DNA of 64,000 nt. Origin: Thermodesulfobacteriota bacterium (GTDB lineage Bacteria; Desulfobacterota; Desulfobacteria; Desulfobacterales; SURF-7). Shown here piece after piece: positions 9,051-19,630 of this stretch. The notes beneath the pieces were generated by a model. The model was not told the DNA's origin and did no database searches. It saw only the letters and a program-made list of their open reading frames with translations. The stretch is from assembly GCA_049320885.1 (NCBI GenBank), contig JBMORA010000001.1:370622-434621 (forward strand). Reading direction: 5' to 3'. The position numbers and the translations under genes are program-made. The stretch's first letter is position 1. Each line of letters opens with the position of its first letter.

Positions 9051-12000
9051 ATGACAGCCGGAAACACACGCGAAATACCCTACAACTATACATCAGCAGA
9101 TGATGCCAGAATCACAAAATTTCTGTTCGACCCATCGGTTTGGTACGCCATGGAAAAGATGCGTTTTCAACGCAAGACCGGACGGCTGGCCAGACTGCTC
9201 ATGCGCGTGATGGGAGATTTATTCATGGCACGGCGGAATCCGTTTCTGTACCAGGAACTGGTTGCGGATTCCGCGCGACGCGGAAAATTTCTTGCCGAGC
9301 TTCGGGCGTCCATCGTTTTCATCGAATCCAAATCCGCCGCTTCCATTGAACTGAACACCGTGCTGGAACGGTGCCGCACCGGCCTGGAGGAGCTGGCCGG
9401 AGAACTCGAAAAAACGGGCGTTCTGAGGCAGAAAACCATCAAAAAACTGGGCGCCGTTATCGGAGAGGACAATGTCTGTTTTGACCCCTTCAGTTTGAAC
9501 AGTCATATCACGGACGCCACCGACTGGCGTCTCCATGTCCCTTTCGCCGTTGCGCGGCCGACCATGGAGGCGCAGATCCCCCCTCTGCTAACGGCCATCG
9601 CCGAGCTGGGACTGCGGGCCATTCCCCGCGGGGCCGGCACGGGATTGACCGGAGGGGCCGTACCGGTCAGACCCGGCTGCGTGATGATCAATACCGAAAA
9701 ATTAAATCACATTCACGGAATTGAAATCCTGCCGAATCCGGACGAGAATGCTTCCGTCCGGGAGGTGGCCGTGCTGCATGCGGAAGCCGGTGTGATCACG
9801 GGGGACGCCATGTCCTACGCCGATACCCACGGCTATGTTTTCGCCACGGACCCCACCAGCGCCTGGGCCTGCACCATCGGCGGCAATATCGCCGAAAACG
9901 CCGGCGGTAAAACCGCTGTCTTATGGGGCACGGCCATCGACAATATCTGGTCGTTCCGGATCGCCGTTCCAGGAGGACGGAACTGGGAAGTACGCCGCAA
10001 GAATCATCCCCTGCGGAAAATTCTTCCAGACGATCTGGTCGTTTTTGAGGTTTTCGATGGAGAAAACGGAAACCTCCTGCACCACATCACCCTGCCGGGC
10101 ACCGAAATCCGCAAGGCCGGCCTGGGAAAGGATATCACCAACAAGGCCCTGGGCGGCGTCCCCGGAATTCAGAAGGAAGGCACCGACGGAGTGATCACCT
10201 CGGCCCGGTTCATCCTCCACCGGGCGTACCCCTTCGTGGCCACCGCCTGCCTGGAATTCTTCGGCGACGATATGGATGAGGCCGCCCGGGTGATCTGCGA
10301 TCTTTCAAACGCCTTTGTGGACCGGGGCGAGGAAGCCTTGATGGCCCTGGAACATTTTGACGAGGAATACGTACGCGCCATCGGTTACAAAACCAAGGCT
10401 CCCCGCAGGGAAACCCCGAAAGCCGTATTGCTGGTGGATATGGTGGCGCAGGAAGAACGTCAGCTGGAACGCGCCAGGACGCGCTTGTCGGATTTGCTGC
10501 GCCCCTATCCGAACACCGGCCTTTTTTTCGCGGCGGACAGGATCGAGGCCGCCCGTTACTGGCAGGACCGCAAAAAACTCGGCGCCATCGCCGCCCGCAC
10601 CAATGCGTTTAAACTGAACGAGGATATCGTTCTCCCGCTGCCGGCCCTGGCCGAATTCGCCGACTTTGTCGACCGCTACAACATCGAGGAGGAACGCCAC
10701 AACCAGAGAACCCTTGTCTGGACATGGGGAACCTACCTGGAAACGGCCAAGCCCATTGCCGATCCCCAGTGGCTGGACGCAAAAATCGGCAAGGCCCGGG
10801 AACTGCTGGCCAACGCCATCGAAAGACTGACATACGCCGGCAAGGACCACCTGCGCCAGGAAACCCACATCCGTGAACTGAAATCCGAGTTGCTCGACCT
10901 TTTCCGGGGTTACAGCCGGGTTTCCGATGAGATCGGGAAGCTCTACACCGAAATCCGTTCCCACCTGATCGTCATCGCAACCCATATGCATGCCGGCGAC
11001 GGGAACGTGCATGTAAATATTCCCGTGTTTTCAAACGACCGGGAAATGATGGCCCGGGCCGCGGAAACCGCCGAGATCATCATGGCCAAGGCCGTGGAAC
11101 TGGACGGAGTGGTGAGCGGAGAACACGGCATCGGTTTCACCAAGCTGGCCCATATCGACCCCCGCCGGCTTGAGGAACTGGCCGAATATCGGCGGAAGAT
11201 CGACCCGGAGGGCTTGATGAATCCGGGCAAATTGTCCGATCTCGCCGTGCCGGCGCTGGTATTCACTCCCTCCTTCCTCCTGCTCGGCCTCGAAGCCCAG
11301 ATTCTCCGGCACGCCTCCCTGCAGGAATTGGGGGAACACATTTCCAAATGCATCCGCTGCGGGCGGTGCAAAGCGGATTGCTGTACGTTTTATCCGTCCG
11401 GCAACCTGTTTTTCCATCCGCGCAATAAAAATCTGGCCATCGGCGCATTGATCGAGGCCCTGCTCTACGACGCCCAGCGCTCCCACTCCACCCGCTTCGA
11501 TTTTCTGCGTTACCTGGAGGAAATCGCCGATCACTGCACCATCTGCCATAAATGCGTCAGTCCCTGCCCGGTGAATATCGACACCGCTGAAGTCTCGATC
11601 CTGGAACGCAGGCTGCTGGTTGAAAAACGTTTCAAGCAATCCCGGCCGCTGGTCCGGATGACCCTGGCATATCTGGAAAGCCGCTCGAAGCTGTTCAACG
11701 GTCTGTTCCGGGTCGGTGTGCTGCGTTGGGGCAGCCGCATTCAGCGGCTGGGTCACCGTCTGTCGCGCCTGGCCGTCGGCCCTGAGGGCCGCCGGAGGAG
11801 ACCCTTGCTGGAGTTCCTGGCATCCCCGGTGACCGCGGTTCCGCGGCAAAGCATGCGGGCTGATCTCCCGACCTGCGCCGGGAATCAGGCGGTCTATATC
11901 CGTCCGGACGGGGAAATCCGACGGACGGTCCTGTACTTTCCGGGATGCGGATCGGAACGTTTGTTTTCCCGTGTGGGCCGGGCCTCCCTTTACATCCTGC

Positions 12001-12671
12001 TGCGTTCCGGCGCCGCCGTGGTGCTGCCGCCGCCCTTTCTCTGCTGCGGATATCCGGCACGGGTGAACGCCAAAACCGACATGGAGGGCCGGGTGGTCCT
12101 CAGGAACACCATCATCCTGAACCAAATCCGGGACATGTTCGGCTATCTTTCCTTCGACGCCTGCATCGTCAGCTGCGGAACCTGCCGGGAAGCCCTGAAG
12201 GATCAGGCCCTGGAATCCATATACAACGCCCCGCTGGTGGATGTGGCCCAATTCGTCCTGTCCGAGGGGTTGACCTTCGAAAGCCGGGGAGAGCTCTATT
12301 ATCACCGCCCATGCCACGACTCCCTCGAAGGCGCGGCCCTGGAACTCTTGTCTCGTCATGGTGGCGGGCATATCCGGGAAATCCCCCATTGCTGCTCGGA
12401 GGCGGGGACCCTGGCCCTCAGCAGACCGGACATCGCCGCCGCCATGCGGACCCGCAAGAGCCGGGCCATGCGGCTCGTCCTGGCGAGCCGGCGGGAATCC
12501 GTGACATTGCTGACCAATTGTCCGTCCTGCCTGCAGGGACTGGGCCGGCACCCGCAATTGCGCTGCGTCCCCCGGCACATAGCCGAGGAAATCGCCGGCG
12601 GCATCGGGGGGGAAACGTGGGAAAAAGAATTGCATCAAACAGTAAAACAGGCGGAAGTCATCGCTTTTTAG
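9051..12671 (+). CDS. Large FAD-linked oxidoreductase (DUF3683-type N-terminus, GlcD-like FAD domains, 4Fe-4S dicluster, CCG domains)
   Basis: REIPYNYTS, RGAGTGLTGG, TIGGNIAENAGG, HAGDGNVH, SGEHGIG, CIRCGRC, CTICHKC..CP, LCCGYP, HCCSEAG and TNCPSC motifs. Start moved to ATG 9051 because the longer 5' extension is AT-rich and promoter-like. Confidence 0.88.
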   Translation: MTAGNTREIPYNYTSADDARITKFLFDPSVWYAMEKMRFQRKTGRLARLLMRVMGDLFMARRNPFLYQELVADSARRGKFLAELRASIVFIESKSAASIELNTVLERCRTGLEELAGELEKTGVLRQKTIKKLGAVIGEDNVCFDPFSLNSHITDATDWRLHVPFAVARPTMEAQIPPLLTAIAELGLRAIPRGAGTGLTGGAVPVRPGCVMINTEKLNHIHGIEILPNPDENASVREVAVLHAEAGVITGDAMSYADTHGYVFATDPTSAWACTIGGNIAENAGGKTAVLWGTAIDNIWSFRIAVPGGRNWEVRRKNHPLRKILPDDLVVFEVFDGENGNLLHHITLPGTEIRKAGLGKDITNKALGGVPGIQKEGTDGVITSARFILHRAYPFVATACLEFFGDDMDEAARVICDLSNAFVDRGEEALMALEHFDEEYVRAIGYKTKAPRRETPKAVLLVDMVAQEERQLERARTRLSDLLRPYPNTGLFFAADRIEAARYWQDRKKLGAIAARTNAFKLNEDIVLPLPALAEFADFVDRYNIEEERHNQRTLVWTWGTYLETAKPIADPQWLDAKIGKARELLANAIERLTYAGKDHLRQETHIRELKSELLDLFRGYSRVSDEIGKLYTEIRSHLIVIATHMHAGDGNVHVNIPVFSNDREMMARAAETAEIIMAKAVELDGVVSGEHGIGFTKLAHIDPRRLEELAEYRRKIDPEGLMNPGKLSDLAVPALVFTPSFLLLGLEAQILRHASLQELGEHISKCIRCGRCKADCCTFYPSGNLFFHPRNKNLAIGALIEALLYDAQRSHSTRFDFLRYLEEIADHCTICHKCVSPCPVNIDTAEVSILERRLLVEKRFKQSRPLVRMTLAYLESRSKLFNGLFRVGVLRWGSRIQRLGHRLSRLAVGPEGRRRRPLLEFLASPVTAVPRQSMRADLPTCAGNQAVYIRPDGEIRRTVLYFPGCGSERLFSRVGRASLYILLRSGAAVVLPPPFLCCGYPARVNAKTDMEGRVVLRNTIILNQIRDMFGYLSFDACIVSCGTCREALKDQALESIYNAPLVDVAQFVLSEGLTFESRGELYYHRPCHDSLEGAALELLSRHGGGHIREIPHCCSEAGTLALSRPDIAAAMRTRKSRAMRLVLASRRESVTLLTNCPSCLQGLGRHPQLRCVPRHIAEEIAGGIGGETWEKELHQTVKQAEVIAF

Positions 12672-12751
12672 ATCCCAGGACGCCGCGCCTCCCGGAAAAC
12701 AACAGATTTTTTCCTTGAAGAAGCCGCGGCAAGGCGGGTAAAACGGCATCT

Positions 12752-13669
12752 ATGGAAAAACCGATCATCATCGTCATCTGCGGCCCGACCGGTGTCGGAA
12801 AAACCGCCGCCGCCATCGATCTGGCCCTGGACTTTCACGGTGAAATCGTCAGCGCCGATTCCATGCAGGTTTATCGGCACATGGACATCGGCACGGCCAA
12901 ACCGACGTCTGCAGAGAAAGCGGCGGTGCCTCACCACCTCATCGACGTGGTGGATCCGGATGCTCCGTTCGACGCGGCCCTGTTCGCCGAATTGGCCGGC
13001 AATGTGATCGAGGATCTGCGGATTCGGGGTATCCTCCCCTTCGTGGTGGGCGGCACCGGTCTGTATCTGAAAGCCTTGCTCCATGGGCTTTCGCGGGCCC
13101 TGCCGCCGGACCCGGACATCCTTCTGCGCCTGAAACGGGAAGCCGCCGAAAAGGGCTCGCCCGTCCTTCATCGGCGCCTGTCGGTCTGCGATCCGGCTTC
13201 GGCGGCGAGAATTCATCCCAACGACACCTTTCGCATCGTCCGGGCCCTTGAGATATATGAAAAAACCGGACGGACGATTTCCGCCATCCATGCCGCCCAC
13301 CGGTTCGCCGGCTCGCGCTATCGGGCCTTGAAAATCGGGCTGCGGATGGATCGAGAGACGCTTTACGACCGCATCGAAAAACGGGTCGACCGCATGCTGG
13401 CGTCCGGATTGCTGGAGGAAGTCAACCGCTTGCTGGAAAAAGGTTTTCACGAAAACCTGAAATCCATGCAATCCATCGGCTACCGGCACATGACGGAATA
13501 TCTCATGGGAAAAACCGGCTGGGATGAAACCGTGATGCAGCTGAAACGCGACAGCCGGCGGTATGCCAAGCGTCAACTCACCTGGTTTGCCGCCGACCGG
13601 GAGATCCGCTGGTTTTCAACGGACCAGGGGGAAGCGATGCGCCGGGAAATCCGGAGCGTACTGGCATAG
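12752..13669 (+). CDS. miaA: tRNA dimethylallyltransferase
   Basis: GPTGVGKT, SADSMQVYRHMDIGTAKP, VGGTGLY and RRYAKRQLTWF motifs. Confidence 0.97.
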   Translation: MEKPIIIVICGPTGVGKTAAAIDLALDFHGEIVSADSMQVYRHMDIGTAKPTSAEKAAVPHHLIDVVDPDAPFDAALFAELAGNVIEDLRIRGILPFVVGGTGLYLKALLHGLSRALPPDPDILLRLKREAAEKGSPVLHRRLSVCDPASAARIHPNDTFRIVRALEIYEKTGRTISAIHAAHRFAGSRYRALKIGLRMDRETLYDRIEKRVDRMLASGLLEEVNRLLEKGFHENLKSMQSIGYRHMTEYLMGKTGWDETVMQLKRDSRRYAKRQLTWFAADREIRWFSTDQGEAMRREIRSVLA

Positions 13670-15202
13670 ATGACAACACTGCAAACAAGAAGTGGGACGG
13701 ATATGAAATTCTCTGGTATCAAGACAGCCTCGAACCGGCGGCCCCGGGTCGAACGCGTTTGGAACGGCCGGAAGGCGAACGCCTTCATCACCGCAACCGC
13801 CTTGATGGCGATCTTGAACGGATGCATGCAGGTGGGACCGGACTACACCAGGATGGAACCCGAATTGCCGCCGCAATGGCGGACGGAAATGGCCGGAGGT
13901 CTGAGCGCATCGGCAACTCGGCCGGCAACCCTGGCCGGCTGGTGGACCACGCTGAATGATCCGGCTCTCAACGCCTTGATGGCCGAAGCCGTCTCCGGCA
14001 GCCTGGATATCCGGGTTGCCCTTGCACGGATCCGGGAAGCCCGGGCTCTCCGGGGTATCAGCCGTGCCGACCTCTTTCCCACATTGGATGCGTCCGCCTC
14101 GGCGATCAAATCACGCTCCAGCCAAAACAGCGGCGCCGGGCGGGAAAGCGAACTGTATTCCGCCGGATTCGACGCCGGCTGGGAATTGGATGTTTTCGGC
14201 GGCCTCCGTCGCTCGGTGGAGGCGGCTCAGGCCGATCTGGAAGCCGTCCATGAGGAACTGCACGCGGCGATGGTGAGCCTGATGGCTGAAGTGGCGTTGA
14301 ATTATGTGGAACTGCGCACGTTTCAGAGCCGGCTGGCTGTGACCGAAGCCAATATCAAGACCCAGCAGGAAACCCATGACCTGAACCGATCCCTCTACCA
14401 GGCAGGAATGACCAATGAACTGGTGGTGCAGCAATCCCTGCGGATCCTGGAAAGCTCCCGCTCCCAGATTCCGACCCTTGAAAGCGGCGTTTCGGCGGCC
14501 AAAAACCGTCTGGCGGTGCTGCTGGGAAAGCAACCGGGTGAACTTCATGGCCAACTCGATGGACACCGGCCCCTGCCGGTGCTCCCGGGCATTCTGTCGG
14601 TGGGCATACCGGCTGAGACCATGCGCCAGCGGCCGGATATCCGTAAAGCCGAACGCAATCTGGCGGCCCAGACGGCCAGAATCGGCGTGGCCACCGCCGA
14701 CCTCTATCCCCGTTTCCGGCTGATGGGCAGTTTCGGCTTGGAATCTTTGAACGGCGAGGATTTCCTCCAGTGGGACAGTCATACCTGGAGTCTCGGCCCG
14801 GGAGTTTCCTGGAAAATCTTCAACGGCGGCGCCGTGCGTCAACATATCGAGCTGTGGACCGCCCGCCAGGAGCAGGCCCTGATTCAATACCAGGAGACGG
14901 TTCTCCTGGCCCTGGAGGAAGTGGAAACCGCGTTGACCGCTTACGCCAAGGAACAGGCCCGCCGGGATGCCGTTTCCAAGGCCGCCGTTGCCGGGCAGCG
15001 GGCCGTCATGCTGGCCAAGGAGCAATACCGGGCTGGTCTGGTGGATTTCAACAGCGTGCTGGACGCGGAGCGTTCCCTGTTGATCCTGGAGGATGAACTG
15101 GCCCAGAGCAACGGCGTCGTCATCTCCAACATGGTGAGACTGTACAAGGCCCTGGGCGGCGGCTGGACGAATCATCCGGCCGAAATGGAAGGAAACGGAT
15201 GA
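13670..15202 (+). CDS. Outer-membrane efflux lipoprotein (NodT/OprM family)
   Basis: Lipobox LNGC, WELDVFG, RPDIRKAE and LYKALGGGW motifs; true start may lie downstream. Confidence 0.92.
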   Translation: MTTLQTRSGTDMKFSGIKTASNRRPRVERVWNGRKANAFITATALMAILNGCMQVGPDYTRMEPELPPQWRTEMAGGLSASATRPATLAGWWTTLNDPALNALMAEAVSGSLDIRVALARIREARALRGISRADLFPTLDASASAIKSRSSQNSGAGRESELYSAGFDAGWELDVFGGLRRSVEAAQADLEAVHEELHAAMVSLMAEVALNYVELRTFQSRLAVTEANIKTQQETHDLNRSLYQAGMTNELVVQQSLRILESSRSQIPTLESGVSAAKNRLAVLLGKQPGELHGQLDGHRPLPVLPGILSVGIPAETMRQRPDIRKAERNLAAQTARIGVATADLYPRFRLMGSFGLESLNGEDFLQWDSHTWSLGPGVSWKIFNGGAVRQHIELWTARQEQALIQYQETVLLALEEVETALTAYAKEQARRDAVSKAAVAGQRAVMLAKEQYRAGLVDFNSVLDAERSLLILEDELAQSNGVVISNMVRLYKALGGGWTNHPAEMEGNG

Positions 15203-15238
15203 AAAAACGGGCCGTTGTCAGGCCCTGATGGAGTCGAC

Positions 15239-16483
15239 ATGCTGGTTTTTCAAAGCGCTCTCGGATTTATCGCCTTTGCCCTGATCGCCTGGTGTCTGAG
15301 CGAAAACCGCCGGCAACCGCCGGTCCGGATCATTGTCGTGGGCATGCTGGGGCAACTGCTCCTGGCCCTGGTTATGCTCAAATTCCCACTGTTCACGGGG
15401 GTCTTTACCTGGCTCAACCGCGGGGTCCAGGCGATTCAGGAAGCAACCCTGGCCGGGACCTCGTTTGTGTTCGGTTTTGTGGGCGGAGGAAGTCCGCCCT
15501 TTGAAACCACCCATCCGGATTCCGGTTTCATCCTGGCCTTCCAGGCCCTGCCCCTGGTCCTGGTGATCAGCGCCCTGTCCTCGCTGCTGTTTTACTGGGG
15601 TTTGCTGCCGAAAGTCGTGAAAGTCTTTTCCTGGGGGCTGGAAAAAACCTTGAAGATCGGCGGCGCCGAAGGGCTGGGGGTATCAGCGGATATTTTTGTG
15701 GGCATGGTGGAAGCGCCCCTGCTGATCCGCCCCTATGTGCACCGAATGACCCGGAGCGAACTGTTCACCCTGATGACCTGCGGCATGGCCACCATTGCCG
15801 GAACCGTGATGGTGCTCTATGCCGGCATCCTGGAACACACGATTGAAAACGTCATGGGTCATATCCTGATCGCCTCCATCATCGCGGCCCCGGCTTCCAT
15901 CGTCACGGCCAAGCTCATGATCCCCGAAACCCGTGAATTGACCCCCGGGGAGCTCAAGGCCCCGGAAGAAACCGTCAGCGCCATGGACGCCATAACCAAA
16001 GGAACCGTTCAGGGGTTGGAGTTGTTTCTTAACATCATCGCCATGATCATCGTGCTGGTGGCCCTGGTGCATCTCGTCAATCAAATCCTGGGCCTGGCCC
16101 CGGACGTAAGCGCCGAACCCCTGACCTTGCAGCGCGTTTTCGGCTGGATCATGGCGCCGGTGGTCTGGCTCATGGGCGTGCCCTGGAGTGAAGCCCGGAT
16201 CGCCGGCGCCCTGATGGGCACCAAAGCCGTGCTCAACGAATTCATCGCCTATGTGGACATGAGCCGGATTCCCGCCGGTCAGTTGAGTCCCCGCACGCTT
16301 TTGATCATGACCTATGCCCTCTGCGGGTTCGCCAATCCCGGCAGCCTCGGCATCATGATCGGAGGATACAGCGGCATGGCGCCGGAAAGACGCAGGGAAA
16401 TCGTTTCACTGGGATTCAAGGCCCTCATTTCCGGCACCCTGGCCAACTGCATGACCGGCGCGGTGGTGGGGATGCTGATGTAG
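15239..16483 (+). CDS. Concentrative nucleoside transporter (NupC/CNT family)
   Basis: AFQALP, IFVGMVEAPL, GMATIAG, NEFIAY and YALCGFAN motifs; highly hydrophobic. Confidence 0.93.
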   Translation: MLVFQSALGFIAFALIAWCLSENRRQPPVRIIVVGMLGQLLLALVMLKFPLFTGVFTWLNRGVQAIQEATLAGTSFVFGFVGGGSPPFETTHPDSGFILAFQALPLVLVISALSSLLFYWGLLPKVVKVFSWGLEKTLKIGGAEGLGVSADIFVGMVEAPLLIRPYVHRMTRSELFTLMTCGMATIAGTVMVLYAGILEHTIENVMGHILIASIIAAPASIVTAKLMIPETRELTPGELKAPEETVSAMDAITKGTVQGLELFLNIIAMIIVLVALVHLVNQILGLAPDVSAEPLTLQRVFGWIMAPVVWLMGVPWSEARIAGALMGTKAVLNEFIAYVDMSRIPAGQLSPRTLLIMTYALCGFANPGSLGIMIGGYSGMAPERRREIVSLGFKALISGTLANCMTGAVVGMLM

Positions 16484-16526
16484 CAAAACAATATAGTGAC
16501 TATCGAACAAAGGAGGAAACAACCCG

Positions 16527-17339
16527 TTGGATAACAGAAGCTATCAGAAAGCGTTTATCCTGGATATGGACGGCGTGGTGTACACCGGGCCGAAATTGAT
16601 GCCCGGAGCCAGGGAATTCGTGGACCGGTTGAAGCAGAGCCAGTACAAATTCCTGTTTCTGACCAACAACTCCTACCACACCCCGACGGAACTGAGGGAG
16701 CGCCTCCTGGGCATGGGCATTGACGTTACCGAAGACTATTTTTATACCTCGGCCATGGCGACGGCCAGTTTTCTCAAGGTGCAGCGGCCGGGAGGCTGTT
16801 CCGCTTACGTCATCGGCGGCAAGGGGGTCCTCGATGAGCTGGGAAAAGCCGGCGTGGAAATAACCAAAAAAAATCCGGACTACGTGATCATCGCCGAAAC
16901 CGAGGAATATGATTACGCCAAAATCATCGAAGCCACCCTGCTGATTCAGGAAGGCGCGAAATTCATCGCCACCAATTCGGACATAACCGGTCCCAGCCGC
17001 AGGGGGCCGGTGCCCGCCTGCGGCGCCCTGGTGGCTCCCATCCAGAAGGTTACCGGCGTGGCCCCCTATTTCCTTGGAAAACCGAATCCGGTCATGATGT
17101 TTCTGGCCCGGAAAAAATTGGGGGTGCATTCGGCGAACTGTTTCATGATCGGCGATCGCATGGATACGGATATCGTTGGCGGCCTTGAATCAGGGATGAC
17201 CGCCTGCCTGGTGCTTTCCGGAGTGACGACCAGGGAGATCATGAACCGGTTCCCGTATCAGCCCGATTATGTCTTCAACAACCTGGGCGAGATCGATCCG
17301 GACGCCATTCTGTCCAGAAGGGACAGGGTGGAAAAATAA
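16527..17339 (+). CDS. HAD-IIA hydrolase (NagD-like nucleotide monophosphatase)
   Basis: LDMDGV, LTNNS, GKPNP and IGDRMDTDI motifs; TTG start after AGGAGG. Confidence 0.9.
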   Translation: MDNRSYQKAFILDMDGVVYTGPKLMPGAREFVDRLKQSQYKFLFLTNNSYHTPTELRERLLGMGIDVTEDYFYTSAMATASFLKVQRPGGCSAYVIGGKGVLDELGKAGVEITKKNPDYVIIAETEEYDYAKIIEATLLIQEGAKFIATNSDITGPSRRGPVPACGALVAPIQKVTGVAPYFLGKPNPVMMFLARKKLGVHSANCFMIGDRMDTDIVGGLESGMTACLVLSGVTTREIMNRFPYQPDYVFNNLGEIDPDAILSRRDRVEK

Positions 17340-17342
17340 AAT

Positions 17343-17368
17343 CGGCCGCGGGAGCTCACCCGCGGCCG
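17343..17368. terminator. GC-rich hairpin terminator between convergent nagD-like and catalase genes
   Basis: CGGCCGCGGG-N6-CCCGCGGCCG, with a T-rich tail on the minus strand. Confidence 0.8.
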
Positions 17369-17397
17369 GTTGTTGATGAATATCCACGGTCGTCCTG

Positions 17398-18879
17398 CTA
17401 CTCCTTGGGCACCTCGCTGAGCGCTATCCCCAACGCCTCGGCCACGCCCTTGCCGTAGGCCGGATCCGCCTTCAGGCAGTTGCCGATGTGGCGGATCTTG
17501 ATTTCCTTGGGTGCATCGCCCATGGCCCGGGCCGTGTTTTCAAACAGCGCCTTCTGCTGCGCCGGACTCATGAGCCGGAACAATTTGCCGGGCTGGGAAT
17601 AATAATCCGTGTCCTCCCGGTGGTTCCAGTGGTCGGCGGCGCCTTCCAGGCTCAACGGCGGCTCGGCGAAATCCGGCTGCTCGGCCCATTCACCGTAGCT
17701 GTTGGGCTCGTAGCCCAGCGTGCCGCCGTAGTTGCCGTCCACGCGCATGGCACCGTCGCGGTGATAGCTGTGGAACGGGCAGCGCGGTGCATTGACCGGA
17801 ATCAGGTGATGATTGACGCCAAGCCGGTAACGCTGGGCATCGCCGTAGGAAAACAACCGACCCTGGAGCATCTTGTCCGGGGAAAAACCGATGCCGGGAA
17901 CGATGTTGGCCGGGTTGAAGGCCGACTGCTCCACTTCCGCGAAATAGTTTTCCGGATTGCGATTCAACTCCAGGACGCCCACCTCGATGAGCGGATAATC
18001 CTTATGGAACCAGACCTTGGTGAGATCGAAGGGATGGTAGGGGCATTTGGCCGCATCCTTTTCCGGCATGACCTGGATGAACATGGTCCAGCGCGGGAAA
18101 TCCCCCTTCTCGATGCTGTCGTACAGATCCCGCTGGTGACTCTCACGGCATTTGCCGATGACGGCCTCGGCCTCCGCGTCGCTGAGATTTTTGATGCCCT
18201 GCTGGCTGCGGAGATGAAATTTGACCCAGTAACGCTCCTTCTTGGCATTGATCAGGCTGAAGGTGTGACTGCCGAATCCATGCATATGACGGTAAGTGGC
18301 CGGGATTCCCCGGTCGCTCATGACGATGGTGACCTGGTGCAGGGCCTCGGGCAGCGATGTCCAGAAATCCCAGTTATTGCGGGCGCTGCGCAGATTGGTC
18401 CGGGGATCGCGTTTGACCGCGTGGTTCAGATCCGGAAACTTGAGGGGATCGCGCAGGAAAAAGACCGGGGTATTGTTGCCCACCAGATCCCAGTTGCCTT
18501 CCTCGGTGTAAAACTTGACGGCGAATCCCCGGATGTCCCGTTCGGCGTCGGCGGCGCCGCGTTCGCCGGCCACGGTGGAAAACCGGACAAACAAATCGGT
18601 TTTCTTGCCCACCGTCGCGAATATCCTGGCCCGGGTATAGCGGGTGATGTCATGGGTGACCGTGAAGGTCCCGTAGGCGCCGGAACCCTTGGCGTGCATG
18701 CGGCGTTCCGGGATCACCTCCCGGTCGAAATGGGCGAGTTTTTCCAGGAACCAGACATCCTGCAGCAATGCCGGCCCCCTGGGCCCGGCGGTCATGATAT
18801 TCTGGTTGTCGACCACGGGCGCTCCGGCATTGTTGGTCAGTTTCTTTTGATTGCTCTTCGGTTTCTCTTTATTTGCCAT
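17398..18879 (-). CDS. katA: Monofunctional heme catalase (small subunit)
   Basis: [34 protein letters not shown] and [11 protein letters not shown] motifs; start at ATG 18879 after AAGGAG. Confidence 0.97.
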   Translation of the reverse strand: MANKEKPKSNQKKLTNNAGAPVVDNQNIMTAGPRGPALLQDVWFLEKLAHFDREVIPERRMHAKGSGAYGTFTVTHDITRYTRARIFATVGKKTDLFVRFSTVAGERGAADAERDIRGFAVKFYTEEGNWDLVGNNTPVFFLRDPLKFPDLNHAVKRDPRTNLRSARNNWDFWTSLPEALHQVTIVMSDRGIPATYRHMHGFGSHTFSLINAKKERYWVKFHLRSQQGIKNLSDAEAEAVIGKCRESHQRDLYDSIEKGDFPRWTMFIQVMPEKDAAKCPYHPFDLTKVWFHKDYPLIEVGVLELNRNPENYFAEVEQSAFNPANIVPGIGFSPDKMLQGRLFSYGDAQRYRLGVNHHLIPVNAPRCPFHSYHRDGAMRVDGNYGGTLGYEPNSYGEWAEQPDFAEPPLSLEGAADHWNHREDTDYYSQPGKLFRLMSPAQQKALFENTARAMGDAPKEIKIRHIGNCLKADPAYGKGVAEALGIALSEVPKE

Positions 18880-19131
18880 ATGATGCTCCTTTCCGTGAAA
18901 TGGTGTCCAGGACCCGCAGGTCGCAAAACCAGCGGGAGCCGGCTGTTCGGCGCGGACGCTCCAAGGATGAGGTCCGGTGCCCCGTTTTTTCATTTCCGTG
19001 CAAGATGACGGCGTTGACAGCGATTGTTTCTCAGTATTCCAGATGGTCGAAGTATGGCACTCACCCACCCGGAGCAGTCAATGGAAATAGGAAAAAAGCG
19101 CTGTATGTAACTAACGATTCAATCTATTAAC

Positions 19132-19146
19132 AAAGAATCATTATTA
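19132..19146 (-). promoter_or_regulatory. Possible Per/Fur-type operator upstream of catalase
   Basis: Minus strand TAATAATGATTCTTT partly matches the Bacillus Per box TTATAATnATTATAA, inside an AT-rich patch. Confidence 0.35.
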
Positions 19147-19159
19147 AGTAAATAAAAAA

Positions 19160-19630
19160 TCAACAGGCCCTCTGGCAAGCGGGACACAAGCCAAAAAAAT
19201 CCAGATGATGGTACTGAATCCGGTAGCCGGTCTTCACCGCCATCTCCTCATTCAGGTGGTCGAGGGTGGAAAGTTCCGGGTCCATGATCTTTCTGCACTT
19301 GGTGCAGATGATATGGGGATGGGGATACGGCCGGGCGCCGTCGTAGCGGTTGCTGCCGTCCGCGAATCCGAGTTCCAGGACCTCGCCGATCTCTTTCAGC
19401 AGCAGAACCGTCTTGTAGACCGTGGCAAGACTCGTGGTGGGAAACTTGGCTTTCACCGCATCGTAAATCTGGGCCACGGTGGGATGCCCTTCGCTGGCCG
19501 CCAGAATCTCGATCACCGCCATGCGCTGAGGGGTGAGACGGAAATTCTGTTCCTTCAGTCTGGTAAGCATCTGATCAAGACGCCGGGCGATATCAGTGGT
19601 ATTGCGTTTCTGTCTCACAGACTCCCCCAC
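19160..19630 (-). CDS. perR: Fur-family peroxide-responsive repressor
   Basis: RLTPQR, HPT, SLATVYKT, HPHIICTKC and GLCPAC motifs; adjacent to catalase. Confidence 0.85.
   Translation of the reverse strand: MGESVRQKRNTTDIARRLDQMLTRLKEQNFRLTPQRMAVIEILAASEGHPTVAQIYDAVKAKFPTTSLATVYKTVLLLKEIGEVLELGFADGSNRYDGARPYPHPHIICTKCRKIMDPELSTLDHLNEEMAVKTGYRIQYHHLDFFGLCPACQRAC

Noticed and set aside
8638..9093. 151-aa minus-strand ORF and the 5' extension of the oxidoreductase from 8901
   Set aside because: Both span an AT-rich promoter region, and the minus ORF overlaps the true hdrA start in another frame.
18880..19068. 63-aa N-terminal extension of catalase
   Set aside because: No catalase-like sequence in the extension, and a good RBS precedes ATG 18879.
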